A stretch of DNA of 28,917 nt, taken from Anaerolineae bacterium. GTDB taxonomy: Bacteria > Chloroflexota > Anaerolineae > B4-G1 > SLSP01. Position 1 is the stretch's first letter, and each line of letters opens with the position of its first letter. The position numbers were made by a program, and so were the translations under genes. A model generated the notes under the pieces. That model ran no database searches. It was not told the origin of the DNA and saw nothing but the letters and a program-made list of their open reading frames with translations. Where the stretch lies: contig JAGHDT010000370.1 in assembly GCA_021159805.1 (NCBI GenBank), positions 1 to 28,917 on the forward strand, given 5' to 3'. Of the stretch, positions 15,893 through 25,702 are shown in pieces.

Positions 15893-16906
15893 ATGATTAT
15901 CATTATGAAGCACGGGGCTACACGGGGCGAGATTGACAACATTGTAGCTCGGGTAGAGCAAATGGGGTGTCAAGTTCATCTCTCGGAGGGGGAGGAGCGA
16001 ACCATCGTCGGCATCATCGGTAATGGACGCCCCATCGACGGCGAGCAATTTTCGCGTATGTCGGGGGTGGAGCGCGCCGTACCGGTGCTGCGTCCCTTCA
16101 AGCTGGCGAGCCGTGATTTCCACCCTCAGGATTCTGTGTTCCCGATCAATGGTGTGTCGATCGGTGGCCAACAGATCATTATGATGGCCGGACCATGTGC
16201 CGTGGAAAGCCGTGAACAGCTGATGTCGGCGGCTCACTCGGTCAAGGAAGCCGGCGCCCACGTCATCCGCGGCGGAGCTTTCAAGCCGCGTACCTCGCCC
16301 TACAGCTTCCAGGGACTGGGACACGAGGGTCTGAAGCTGTTAGCTGAGGCCCGCCAGGCGACAGGCTTGCCGGTGATCACAGAGGTGATGGCGCCGGAGC
16401 AGGTGCCGCTGGTCACCACCTATGCCGATATCCTTCAGGTCGGTGCGCGGAGTATGCAGAACTACGCGCTGCTTCACGCGGTGGGGGAGTCGCAGCGCCC
16501 TGTGATGCTCAAGCGGGGGATGATGTCGACGATTGAGGAGCTGCTAATGTCGGCCGAGTACATCCTCTCGCACGGCAACAACCGGGTGATCCTCTGTGAG
16601 CGGGGCATCCGGACCTTCGAGCCCTACACGCGGAATACACTGGATCTCAGCGCGGTTCCGCTGTTGAAGCAGCTGAGTCATCTACCGGTGGTGGTGGACC
16701 CGAGCCATGGAACCGGTAGGTGGGAACTGGTCGCGCCGATGGCGATGGCGGCTGTGGCGGCCGGGGCGGACGGCCTGATCATCGAGGTACATCCCAGCCC
16801 CGAGACCGCGATGTCGGATGGTGCTCAGTCGCTCAAGCCAGCGCGTTTTGCGGAGTTGATGGTCTCGCTGCGTTCGATCGCCAAGGCGGTCGGACGTACG
16901 ATATAG
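15893..16906 (+). CDS. aroF: DAHP synthase type I-beta with N-terminal ferredoxin-like regulatory domain
   Basis: MIIIMK...[68 protein letters not shown]. Start ATG 15893. Confidence 0.96.
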   Translation: MIIIMKHGATRGEIDNIVARVEQMGCQVHLSEGEERTIVGIIGNGRPIDGEQFSRMSGVERAVPVLRPFKLASRDFHPQDSVFPINGVSIGGQQIIMMAGPCAVESREQLMSAAHSVKEAGAHVIRGGAFKPRTSPYSFQGLGHEGLKLLAEARQATGLPVITEVMAPEQVPLVTTYADILQVGARSMQNYALLHAVGESQRPVMLKRGMMSTIEELLMSAEYILSHGNNRVILCERGIRTFEPYTRNTLDLSAVPLLKQLSHLPVVVDPSHGTGRWELVAPMAMAAVAAGADGLIIEVHPSPETAMSDGAQSLKPARFAELMVSLRSIAKAVGRTI

Positions 16907-16914
16907 GTGCCCAG

Positions 16915-17775
16915 ATGAGACCTCTTTCTGAGTGTGCCGTGACCATTGTGGGGCTGGGCTTGATGGGGGGCTCTCTTGCGGGGGCCCTCCAGGGTCAGTG
17001 CGGGCACGTCATCGGCGTGGATCGTGATGCGCATGCGCTGGCGTGCGCCTTGGAGCGGCGTTTTGTCGATCAGGCGACTGCGGATCTGGGGGCCGCGGCT
17101 CGCAAGGCCGACATCGTTGTGCTGGCGACGCCGGTGCGGTCCATCATCCAGCTCGTGGGCCAGGTGGGGGAGTGGATGAAGCCGGGCTCGCTGCTCATGG
17201 ATCTGGGCAGCACGAAGGGCTTGATCCTGGCGGCGATGGCGCAGCTGCCGGATCACGTTCAGCCGCTGGGGGGACATCCGATGTGTGGTAAGGAGATCTC
17301 AGGCCATGAGGCTGCGGAGCGCGAGCTGTTCGACGGGTGCACGTTTATCCTCTCGCCGCTGGCGCGCACATCTGACGAGGCTCTGGCGCTGGGCAAGGCG
17401 TTGGTGGAGAGTGTGGGGGCGCAGCCCCTGGTCATCGAAGGTGGGCGCCAGGATTATCTCGTCGGCACCATCAGCCATTTGCCCTACCTTCTGGCGTGCT
17501 CATTGGTCAGCACAGCCGATGCGACGACGTCGGCAGATCCGTTGGTCTGGCGGATTCTCGCCGGTGGCTACCGCGATACCTCCCGGGTAGCCGGGAGCGA
17601 TGTCACGATGATGGTCGATATCCTGATGACCAATCGCGAGGAAGTCGTCAAGGCTGCCCGGGTCTGCGGAGAGCAACTCGCCTATCTCGCTGATTTGGTC
17701 GATCGGGGTGATGAGGACCTATTGCGGGAGAAGTTGACCTACATCCGCAAGACGCGGAGGGAGCATTACCCATGA
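16915..17775 (+). CDS. tyrA: Prephenate/arogenate dehydrogenase
   Basis: IVGLGLMGGSLA Rossmann motif, DLGSTK, GGHPMCGKE, ISHLPYLLA, GGYRDTSRVAGS. Start ATG 16915. Confidence 0.93.
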   Translation: MRPLSECAVTIVGLGLMGGSLAGALQGQCGHVIGVDRDAHALACALERRFVDQATADLGAAARKADIVVLATPVRSIIQLVGQVGEWMKPGSLLMDLGSTKGLILAAMAQLPDHVQPLGGHPMCGKEISGHEAAERELFDGCTFILSPLARTSDEALALGKALVESVGAQPLVIEGGRQDYLVGTISHLPYLLACSLVSTADATTSADPLVWRILAGGYRDTSRVAGSDVTMMVDILMTNREEVVKAARVCGEQLAYLADLVDRGDEDLLREKLTYIRKTRREHYP

Positions 17776-19127
17776 GCTGGTTGACTGTCCGTGGCTTTTC
17801 TGAACTGAATCATGTCGTCCTGTACGGCGTCGCAGCGGTCCCCGGCGACAAGTCGATCTCGCACCGTGCGCTGATGCTGGGAGGGCTGGCGGAAGGGACA
17901 GGGAGGATAGAGGGTTTCTTGCCCTCGGGTGACTGCCTGGCGACAATGGGCTGTATGCGCCAGCTCGGTGTTGAGATCGAGCACGCTACCGCGGGTAGCG
18001 CAACCACGTTGATCGTTCATGGGCGTGGCCTGCGTGGTCTCAAAGCGCCTCTTGCACCGCTGGATTGCCGGCGGTCGGGGACCACGATGCGGCTGTTGGC
18101 CGGCATCCTGGCTGGACAGACCTTCGACAGCGTGTTGACCGGTGATCCGCAGCTTCTGCGCAGACCTATGCGCCGCATCACGCAGCCGCTTTCCACGATG
18201 GGGGCCAGGATCGAGGAGACCGATGGGCACGGGCCGCTGGTCATTCACGGGCAGGGCAAGCTGCACGGCTCTGAACACGTGCTCACTGTGGCCAGCGCTC
18301 AGGTAAAGAGCGCTATATTGTTGGGCGGGCTCTATGCGGATGGCCCGGTCACGGTGCAGCTCCCGGGGCCGGCTCGTGATCATACGGAGCGGATGGTTGC
18401 CGCACAGGTCGAGTATCCGGCCGGCGGGCCAAGCCCACTCACCTATGATATGTGCACCGCCCGGCTTGACCCCGCCAGGATCAGGCGGCTGCGTCCAATC
18501 GACCGTGTCGTGCCGGGCGATATCTCGTCGGCGGCATTCTTGGTCGCCGCAGCTCTAGCGCTGCCGGGATCGGAGGTGACCATCGTTGGGGTAGGGGTCA
18601 ACGAGACTCGCACCGGACTCCTGGATGTGTTGGTCGAGATGGGCGCCTTGCTCACGCTGGAAGACCGGCGTGAGCAAGGCGGTGAGCCTATCGCGGACAT
18701 CCGCCTCCGGGCGTCGGCGATCCGGCCGGCGGAGATCCAGGGAGATACGGTCGTGCGTATGATCGACGAGTTCCCGATTCTGGCTGTTCTGGCGACACAG
18801 GCGGAAGGCACGACTGTGGTGCGGGACGCGGCGGAACTGCGGGTCAAGGAGACTGATAGGATTGCGATGGTGGCTGTGGAGTTGTCCAAGATGGGCGCGA
18901 GCATCGAGCCGCGGCCGGATGGGTTCGTGGTCAAAGGCCCGACCCAGCTTACAGGGGGGGAGGTGGACAGCCACGGGGATCACAGACTGGCCATGGCTCT
19001 GGCGATCGCCGGTCTTGTCGCCAAGGGCGAGACGACGGTGTTGGGGGCCGAGTGCATACCTGATTCGTTCCCGGGGTTTGTGGAGGCTCTGAACTCCTTA
19101 GGTGCAGAGCTCAGGCACGGGATCTAG
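17772..19127 (+). CDS. aroA: EPSP synthase (class II type)
   Basis: VPGDKSISHRALML, SGTTMRLLAG, RRPMRRI, ASAQVKSA, RDHTERM, PGDISSAAF, IDEFP, ELRVKETDRI, DHRLAMA. Confidence 0.97.
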   Translation: MSWLTVRGFSELNHVVLYGVAAVPGDKSISHRALMLGGLAEGTGRIEGFLPSGDCLATMGCMRQLGVEIEHATAGSATTLIVHGRGLRGLKAPLAPLDCRRSGTTMRLLAGILAGQTFDSVLTGDPQLLRRPMRRITQPLSTMGARIEETDGHGPLVIHGQGKLHGSEHVLTVASAQVKSAILLGGLYADGPVTVQLPGPARDHTERMVAAQVEYPAGGPSPLTYDMCTARLDPARIRRLRPIDRVVPGDISSAAFLVAAALALPGSEVTIVGVGVNETRTGLLDVLVEMGALLTLEDRREQGGEPIADIRLRASAIRPAEIQGDTVVRMIDEFPILAVLATQAEGTTVVRDAAELRVKETDRIAMVAVELSKMGASIEPRPDGFVVKGPTQLTGGEVDSHGDHRLAMALAIAGLVAKGETTVLGAECIPDSFPGFVEALNSLGAELRHGI

Positions 19128-19130
19128 GGT

Positions 19131-20132
19131 ATGGATAGGGACGGAGAGATGGGGATGGGGGCGATACCGCAGATCCCTGAGGTGGATGGCGAAACACGAC
19201 TGGTCGGCGTGATCGGATGGCCGGTCGCGCACAGCCTGTCACCGGTGATGCACAATGCCGCGCTGCGTCGTATGGGGCTCAACTGGCGCTATATTCCGCT
19301 GCCGGTGCATCCGCGCTGCGTCGGTGATGCTATCCGTGGGGCAGCTGCCCTGGGCTTCCGCGGTGTGAATGTCACGGTGCCGCACAAACAGGCTGTGATG
19401 GCGCTGATGGATCGTGTCGCGCCTGAGGCGGCAGCTGTGGGGGCTGTTAACACTGTTGTGATAGCCCGTGACGCCGGTGGGGGCGTTATCCTGGAAGGCC
19501 ACAACACGGATGTCGACGGCTTCCTCGGTTCGCTTCGCGCCGGTGGATTTGAGCCTGCCGGCCGCGGCAGAGGCGTTGTGATCGGGGCCGGTGGTGCAGC
19601 TCGGGCTGTTGTCTATGGGTTGTTGACAGCGGGCATGGAAGAGATCGTCGTGCTGAATCGTACGGCGAGGCGTGCGCGGGCGTTGGTTGCGGATCTTCAG
19701 CGAGTGTTCGCCGCTCGCCGGAGCGTCGGGCGCCTATCTCGGGTTCGTGCGGGAGCGCTTACGCCGGATAAGCTTCAGGCCGAGGCCCACGGTGCGGTGT
19801 TATTGGTCAATGCGACCACGGTGGGCATGTGGCCCAAAAGGAACGGGTCAGTGTGGCCGGACGAACTTCCGATGCCCGTCCATTTGACTGTGTATGATCT
19901 CGTCTACAATCCATTGGAGACGCGACTTCTCTGTCAGGCGCGGGATTCAGGTTCGCGCGCAATTGATGGCTTGGGCATGCTGGCACGCCAGGGTGCTTTG
20001 GCGCTGGCACTGTGGTTGGATACGCTTGTGGATATTGAGGCGACCGCGGCCGAGATGCGGCGTGTATGTGTAGCCGCGCTGGAACTGCGCCAGTCGCCGC
20101 GGCAGCTGCCTGTCGACGAGATGGTAGAATAG
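19131..20132 (+). CDS. aroE: Shikimate dehydrogenase
   Basis: GWPVAHSLSPVMHNA, GVNVTVPHKQ, GAVNT, NTDVDGF, IGAGGAARA, NATTVGM, DLVYNPLET, GLGMLARQG. Exact start uncertain. Confidence 0.95.
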   Translation: MDRDGEMGMGAIPQIPEVDGETRLVGVIGWPVAHSLSPVMHNAALRRMGLNWRYIPLPVHPRCVGDAIRGAAALGFRGVNVTVPHKQAVMALMDRVAPEAAAVGAVNTVVIARDAGGGVILEGHNTDVDGFLGSLRAGGFEPAGRGRGVVIGAGGAARAVVYGLLTAGMEEIVVLNRTARRARALVADLQRVFAARRSVGRLSRVRAGALTPDKLQAEAHGAVLLVNATTVGMWPKRNGSVWPDELPMPVHLTVYDLVYNPLETRLLCQARDSGSRAIDGLGMLARQGALALALWLDTLVDIEATAAEMRRVCVAALELRQSPRQLPVDEMVE

Positions 20133-20177
20133 GCTTACGCCAGAATGATTCGGCACCGGGTATGAGAGGGAGGCACC

Positions 20178-21461
20178 ATGGCTTTTGACAATGTATTTGA
20201 TGACTTCAAGTGGCGCGGTCTGGTCTATGACTGCACGGAAGGGCTTCCCGAGGTCCTGGCAAAAGAGAAGGTCACGGTCTATATCGGGTTCGATCCCACC
20301 TCAAACAGTCTTCAGGTCGGCAATCTGTTGGCCCTGATGGGGCTGGCACGTCTTCAGCGCTACGGTCACACTCCCTTTGGCTTGGCCGGTGGTGGCACGG
20401 GTATGATCGGCGACCCGAGCGGCAAGAAGAGCGAGCGCCAGATGCTCAGTGTCGAGCAGGTGGAGGCCAACGTTGAGGCCATCAAGAAGCAGCTCGCGCG
20501 CTTCCTGGACTTCCAGGTCAAGGGCAACACGGCCCAAATCATCAACAATGCTGACTGGCTGCGATCCGTCACGATGATGGAGTTCCTCCGGGATGTCGGC
20601 AAGCATTTCACTGTGAACTACATGATGGCCAAGGATTCCGTGAAGACGCGGCTGGACCGGGAATCCGGTATCTCTTACGCTGAGTTCAGTTATCAACTGC
20701 TGCAGGCCTACGATTTTCTGCAGCTCTACGACCGCTACAACTGCACTCTGCAGTCCGGCGGCAGTGATCAGTGGGGTAACATCCTGTCCGGTGTGGAGTT
20801 GATCCGGCGCAAGCGCAGCGGGCGGGCCCACGGCTTGGTCTACCCACTGGTGACTGATGCGGATGGTAACAAGTTGGGGAAGACAGAGCTTGGGACGATC
20901 TGGCTGGATGCTGAGAAGACGTCGCCCTATCGCTACTACCAGTTCTGGGTGAACCAGGGCGATGCCGAGACCGTGGACTACCTGAAGTACTTCACCTGGC
21001 TGGGACGCGATGAGATTGAAGGTCTGGCGCAGAAGACGGCAGAGCATCCGGAGCGACGCGAGGCTCAGCGGGCACTAGCTGAGGCGATGACGCGGATCAC
21101 ACACGGAGAGACCGCGCTGGATAAGGCCCTGAAGGCCTCCTCCGTGCTCTTCGGCGGCGAGTTGACGGGGCTCGATTCCGCGGATATCGAGGATGTCTTC
21201 GCCGACGTTCCCTCCAGCGACGTCGCGCGGTCGAGGTTTGAGGGCGCAGGTGTGCCTATTGTGGGCCTGCTGGATGAACTGCAGGTGACGCGGTCCAGGG
21301 GCGAAGCACGCCGTCTGGTGAAGAACGGCGGCGTCTACGTCAACAACGTCAAGGTTGAGGATGCAGCGGGCTCTGTGGCCCTGTCTGACGCGGTCGATGG
21401 GAGGTTTGTCGTATTGCGCCGTGGCAAGAAGTCCTACCATCTGGTGCGCTTGATCGGGTAA
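20178..21461 (+). CDS. tyrS: Tyrosine--tRNA ligase
   Basis: YIGFDPTSNSLQVGN (HIGH-like), GGGTGMIGDPSGK, FSYQLLQAYDF, QSGGSDQWGNI, KLGKT (KMSKS-like), C-terminal S4 domain. Confidence 0.98.
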   Translation: MAFDNVFDDFKWRGLVYDCTEGLPEVLAKEKVTVYIGFDPTSNSLQVGNLLALMGLARLQRYGHTPFGLAGGGTGMIGDPSGKKSERQMLSVEQVEANVEAIKKQLARFLDFQVKGNTAQIINNADWLRSVTMMEFLRDVGKHFTVNYMMAKDSVKTRLDRESGISYAEFSYQLLQAYDFLQLYDRYNCTLQSGGSDQWGNILSGVELIRRKRSGRAHGLVYPLVTDADGNKLGKTELGTIWLDAEKTSPYRYYQFWVNQGDAETVDYLKYFTWLGRDEIEGLAQKTAEHPERREAQRALAEAMTRITHGETALDKALKASSVLFGGELTGLDSADIEDVFADVPSSDVARSRFEGAGVPIVGLLDELQVTRSRGEARRLVKNGGVYVNNVKVEDAAGSVALSDAVDGRFVVLRRGKKSYHLVRLIG

Positions 21462-21581
21462 TCGGAAGACGTGCTCCGCGGGCTGCATAGGATTGTGCGA
21501 CACGCTGAGCGTGCTTTCCAGATGGGCGCAACGTGCAGTGCTTCGGCTGTGGTGGTGTGGCGTCGGCATCACGAGGGGGAG

Positions 21582-22844
21582 ATGATGGAGATCTTGGGCG
21601 GGCCGATTTTCGCAGTTGCCGGGGCTGGTGAATCACACGGCCCTGGCTATACAACGATCGTCTTCGGATGTCCCCCTGGGCTATCTCTGTCGCGCGAGCA
21701 GATTCAGGCCTATCTTGATCGACGGCGTCCGGGGAGCAGCCGGCACGGAACGTCGCGCCAGGAGGCCGACCAGGTTATCTTGCTGTCCGGCCTGTATGAC
21801 ACCGATCTGGCGTCCCTGACATCGGGTCCCCGTGTGGCGGTTAGCTTCCGGGGTAAGTCGAGCGCTACACAGACCTATGCCGGCGGTGTCACAACGGGGG
21901 AACCAATCTCAGCGGTCGTGCTTTCCGCGTCGAAGCGTTCGGGAGACTATGCGCAGTTCACAGGGCCGCGGGGTGAGGCTCGGCCCGGCCACGCTGACCT
22001 GGTCAAGTATCATCAATCCAAGGGCGCGACGGACCCGCGGGGTGGTGGGCGCTCCAGCTATCGCGCCACGATCTCGGACGTCATCGGCGGCTCGATCGCT
22101 CGGATCTTCCTGCGGGCGCATTTCCAGACGATGATCCTTTCGTCGGTGGTTGAGGTCGGCCCGTTGACATCCTCCAGACGGCTCTCCGATGAGGTGGATG
22201 CCCTCATCCAGCGGACTTCACTAGCCAGGCCGGTGGATCTGTCTGAGCTGGCTGCGCTTGAGCAGACCTTATCTGAGGCCGAGATCCCGACGTTGGACCC
22301 GGTGTTCGCCAGGGACACCGCGGCTCTTATTGACGAGACACGTGACGTCGGCGATTCCCTCGGGTCGATGGTCGAGGTCGTTGCCGTGAATGTCCCCCCG
22401 TTGGTCGGGAGCCCACTCTACGAGAGCCGCAAGCTGCGGTTGATGGGGAGTCTTGGCGGACTCAACGCGGCACGGTCGTGTGAGGTGGGGGACGGCATCG
22501 ACGTCGTTCGGCGCCGCGGGAGTGAGAACAACGATCCTATCCGGGCGCGTGGGTTCGAATCCAACCACCACGGCGGGATGTTGGGCGGCATCACCACCGG
22601 TATGCCGCTGGTGTGCCGGGTGGGGTTCAAGCCCACCTCATCGATCCGGCTCCCGCAGCTATCGGTGCGCAAGGACCTAGAGGAGGTTGACTTCGCGCTC
22701 TGCAAAGGGCAGCACGATCCCTGTGTGGGCGTGCGCGCAGGAATCACGTTGGAGTCGCGGCTGGCGATCGAGCTGCTGAACGCTGTGCTGGTGCACCAGA
22801 CGCGATCCCTGGATCTGGACAATTTCCGCCTGTTTCGAAAATGA
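21582..22844 (+). CDS. aroC: Chorismate synthase, divergent long form (420 aa)
   Basis: AGESHGPG, RRRPG.S...TSRQEAD, RPGHAD, GGGRSSYRAT, GGMLGGITTGMP, FKPTSSI, HDPCVGVRA. Start ATG 21582 behind GAGGGGGAG. Confidence 0.9.
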   Translation: MMEILGGPIFAVAGAGESHGPGYTTIVFGCPPGLSLSREQIQAYLDRRRPGSSRHGTSRQEADQVILLSGLYDTDLASLTSGPRVAVSFRGKSSATQTYAGGVTTGEPISAVVLSASKRSGDYAQFTGPRGEARPGHADLVKYHQSKGATDPRGGGRSSYRATISDVIGGSIARIFLRAHFQTMILSSVVEVGPLTSSRRLSDEVDALIQRTSLARPVDLSELAALEQTLSEAEIPTLDPVFARDTAALIDETRDVGDSLGSMVEVVAVNVPPLVGSPLYESRKLRLMGSLGGLNAARSCEVGDGIDVVRRRGSENNDPIRARGFESNHHGGMLGGITTGMPLVCRVGFKPTSSIRLPQLSVRKDLEEVDFALCKGQHDPCVGVRAGITLESRLAIELLNAVLVHQTRSLDLDNFRLFRK

Positions 22845-23022
22845 GCAGCTACAGGCTGGGGCCGGTGTTAGCCCCGACTGCGTGACCCCGTGGGTTTGCT
22901 GGGGCCGCGCCCTCCTCGCTGAGGACACGGCGACAGAGCTGGAGGGGGTGTTGAATCGCTGAACCACTGAGGCAGATGAGGTCGCTGAAGGGGGAGTCTA
23001 CTTCGAAAATAGCCCGGAAGAG

Positions 23023-23075
23023 CCCTCACCCTGACCCTCTCCCATCGGACCGCCGCGGAGGCGGATGGGAGAGGG
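23023..23075. repeat. Palindromic intergenic element of CCCTCACCC...CCCTCTCCC-N-GGGAGAGGG type
   Basis: CCCTCACCCTGA followed by an 11-bp stem CCCTCTCCCAT (23035-23045)/ATGGGAGAGGG (23065-23075) enclosing a 5-bp stem CCGCC/GGCGG. Confidence 0.7.
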
Positions 23076-23115
23076 AACCGGAGGTGCTGCTTCGAGAATG
23101 GGTCTCTATCCGCTG

Positions 23116-23185
23116 GGGCCGGTATTTCACCGTGCCTCTCTGTTGAGCGCTTAACACAAAGACGGGCGCGGTGAGACACCGGCCC
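23116..23185. other. 70-nt rod-like imperfect hairpin in the aroC-aroKB spacer
   Basis: GGGCCGGT/ACCGGCCC, TTTCACCG/CGGTGAGA, TGCCT/GGGCG and TGTTGAG/CTTAACA stack into one continuous helix. Confidence 0.6.
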
Positions 23186-23414
23186 GAGCAGAGGCCCGAG
23201 CAGAGGGAGCGAGACGACCTGTAGTCCGTGGTACGCCGTTTTCATTCGTGCGTGGAGTGCGCAAGCGAACATAATGTCTATTCCAGAGATGGTTGGCTGT
23301 GTCGTGATGAGCTCGCCGGAGGAGCGCCAGAGCTGGCTGGATGATGTTGCCTGCACGGTTGCGCTCCATTTCCCGGCACAAGCCGGCGGTCAGCGTGCGT
23401 TCACGAGGTGACGT

Positions 23415-25001
23415 GTGACCAATATCGTACTGACTGGCTTTATGGGGACGGGCAAGACGGCGGTGGGACGTGAGGTCGCCCGCCGGCTGGGTCTTCGCTT
23501 TGTCGATATGGATGGTGTGATTGAGGTCCGCGCCGGCAAGCCCATCTCGGCTATCTTTGCCGAGGAGGGGGAGCCCATCTTCCGGCAGATGGAGGCCGAT
23601 CTCTGTGGGGAGTTGGCCGGGCAGGACGGAGCGGTGATTGCCACCGGTGGCGGCGCTCTGGTGAACCCGGCGAACCGTGAAGCACTGGCGGCGTCCTCGG
23701 TTCTGGTCTGTCTGCAGGCCGGCGTCGATGAGATTCTTGAGCGTGTCGGCGAGGCTGAGGATCGCCCCCTGCTGAATGTGCCGGATCCGGAGGGCGAGGT
23801 GCGAGAGCTCCTTGCCGCGCGGCGTGACGCTTATGCGGCGATCCCCTGGCAGGTCGATACCAACGGTCGGACACTTTCCCAGATCGCCGATGAGATTGTG
23901 GCGCTGGCGAGCTGTCGGACGCTTCCGGTGGCCACTCCAGGTGGGAGATACGACATCCACATCGGCAGCGGGACGTTGGGCTATCTGGGGGGCGCGCTGC
24001 GTGCTGCGGGTATTCCCGAGCGTGCCAGGGTCGCGGTGGTGTCCAATACAACCGTCGGCCCGTTGTACGTCGACGCAGTGCAGGCTGTGCTTGGGCAGCA
24101 CGGGTTCTCCTCCTTCCTCTGTATCCTGCCCGATGGCGAAGAGCATAAGACGTTGGCCACGGTGCGCGCTCTCTACGAAGAGCTGCTGGCGGGGGACCTG
24201 GACCGCAGCGGCGTCGTCCTGGCACTTGGCGGGGGCGTGACCGGCGACGTGGCGGGATTTGCCGCAGCGACTTTTATGCGTGGAGTACGCTTCGTTCAAG
24301 TGCCGACGACGCTGCTGTCGATGACGGACGCCAGCGTGGGGGGAAAGACCGGGGTGGACCTGCCGCAGGGCAAGAATCTGGTGGGAGCTTTCAAGCAGCC
24401 GGAGTTGGTCTTTATTGACCTGGATGTCTTGGCGACGCTTCCGGCGCCGGAACAGCGCTCAGGGATGGCCGAGCTTCTCAAGCATGGGGTGATCGGTGAT
24501 GCCGGCCTCTTCCACGAGCTTGCTGCAGCGGACCTGGGCGCGGGCCACATGACCCCGGACCTCCTGGCGCGTTCCATCCGGGTCAAGATTGAGATCGTGC
24601 AACAGGATCCCTTTGAGCGGGGCAGGCGCGCGGTCCTGAACCTAGGCCACACGACGGGCCACGCGCTGGAGCGGTTGAGTGGCTTTTCGATGCGACATGG
24701 TGAGGGGGTTGCGATCGGGATGATAGCGGCGGCGCGGATTTCCGAAGCGCTTGGACGGGCGGCGCCGGGGTTGGCCGACGAGATTGCCGGCGCGCTGTCC
24801 ACGGCAGGATTGCCCGTGACCTGCCCGGCCCTGCCCGCAGCGTCGGTCACTACGGCGATGCGTCACGACAAGAAGCGGCGGGGAAAGCGGTTGCGCTGGG
24901 TGCTCCCGACGGAGATCGGGAGAGTGGTCCTGGCGGATGACGTGCCCGAGGCGGTGGTCCTGGCTGTGTTACACGAGATGGGAGCGGAGGGAGTGGGATG
25001 A
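23415..25001 (+). CDS. aroKB: Fused shikimate kinase / 3-dehydroquinate synthase (AroK-AroB)
   Basis: N-terminal [13 protein letters not shown]-loop, [21 protein letters not shown]-terminal [64 protein letters not shown] start. Confidence 0.96.
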   Translation: MTNIVLTGFMGTGKTAVGREVARRLGLRFVDMDGVIEVRAGKPISAIFAEEGEPIFRQMEADLCGELAGQDGAVIATGGGALVNPANREALAASSVLVCLQAGVDEILERVGEAEDRPLLNVPDPEGEVRELLAARRDAYAAIPWQVDTNGRTLSQIADEIVALASCRTLPVATPGGRYDIHIGSGTLGYLGGALRAAGIPERARVAVVSNTTVGPLYVDAVQAVLGQHGFSSFLCILPDGEEHKTLATVRALYEELLAGDLDRSGVVLALGGGVTGDVAGFAAATFMRGVRFVQVPTTLLSMTDASVGGKTGVDLPQGKNLVGAFKQPELVFIDLDVLATLPAPEQRSGMAELLKHGVIGDAGLFHELAAADLGAGHMTPDLLARSIRVKIEIVQQDPFERGRRAVLNLGHTTGHALERLSGFSMRHGEGVAIGMIAAARISEALGRAAPGLADEIAGALSTAGLPVTCPALPAASVTTAMRHDKKRRGKRLRWVLPTEIGRVVLADDVPEAVVLAVLHEMGAEGVG

Positions 25002-25510
25002 AGGATCAGTTACAGACGGAAGTGGGTGAATCAGTCGCGAAGGTCAGCATTTTGGTGCTCCACGGGCCCAACCTGAATCTGCTTGGGCGCCGGGAACCCG
25101 ATACCTATGGGCACATGACCTTGCCGGAGATAGATGAGAGGCTTCAGGCGCTCGCCGCGCAGCTCGGCGCTGAGCTACAGACCCTACAGTCCAACAGTGA
25201 GGGGGCACTGATCGACGCGCTCCACGCCGCAATGGACCCTGCGGGCGCGCCCGTGGACGGCGTATTGATCAACCCCGGTGGCTACACGCATACAAGTGTC
25301 GCGCTCCGCGACGCGATCGCCGGAATCGGTCTGCCGGCTGTGGAGGTGCACCTCTCCAATGTTCATGCCCGTGAGGAGTTCCGGCACAGGTCCCTGATCG
25401 CACCGGTTTGTGTGGGCCAGATCAGCGGCTTCGGGTGGCGCAGTTATGAGTTGGGGCTGCGCGGTCTGCTGGACACCATCGCTGACCGCGCGGCCTCGAG
25501 TCTTTTGTAG
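24998..25510 (+). CDS. aroQ: Type II 3-dehydroquinate dehydratase
   Basis: [62 protein letters not shown]. Confidence 0.97.
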   Translation: MKDQLQTEVGESVAKVSILVLHGPNLNLLGRREPDTYGHMTLPEIDERLQALAAQLGAELQTLQSNSEGALIDALHAAMDPAGAPVDGVLINPGGYTHTSVALRDAIAGIGLPAVEVHLSNVHAREEFRHRSLIAPVCVGQISGFGWRSYELGLRGLLDTIADRAASSLL

Positions 25511-25648
25511 GGCGAGCTCCCCTTCGGGGACAGGCTGGCTGGTTCGCCCACCTGTACTATCCCCACGCAGCCAATTTGCGTGATGTGGGCAGTCCCCCAC
25601 GAAGACGCGAACTAACAACTTGTCCCCGTCAAGGGGAGTTCGCGCTAC
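25507..25648. repeat. Inverted doublet of GTAG-type REP-like palindromes (REPIN/BIME-like)
   Basis: Copy 1 (+, 25507-25549): GTAGGGCGAGCTCCCCTTCGGGGACAGGCTGGCTGGTTCGCCC. Copy 2 (-, 25648-25606): GTAGCGCGAACTCCCCTTGACGGGGACAAGTTGTTAGTTCGCG. Both share the GTAG foot, outer stem and inner TCCCC/GGGGA stem. Confidence 0.75.
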
Positions 25649-25702
25649 GCGGAACGGCGCGGTAAGTCCACTCACGTTATTGACAAGAGCGAGGTCTACA
25701 TA

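Noticed and set aside
22868-23356. 162-aa minus-strand ORF in the aroC-aroKB gap
   Set aside because: It reads through palindromic repeats (WERVRVR is the translation of the repeat), with no RBS or protein-like composition.
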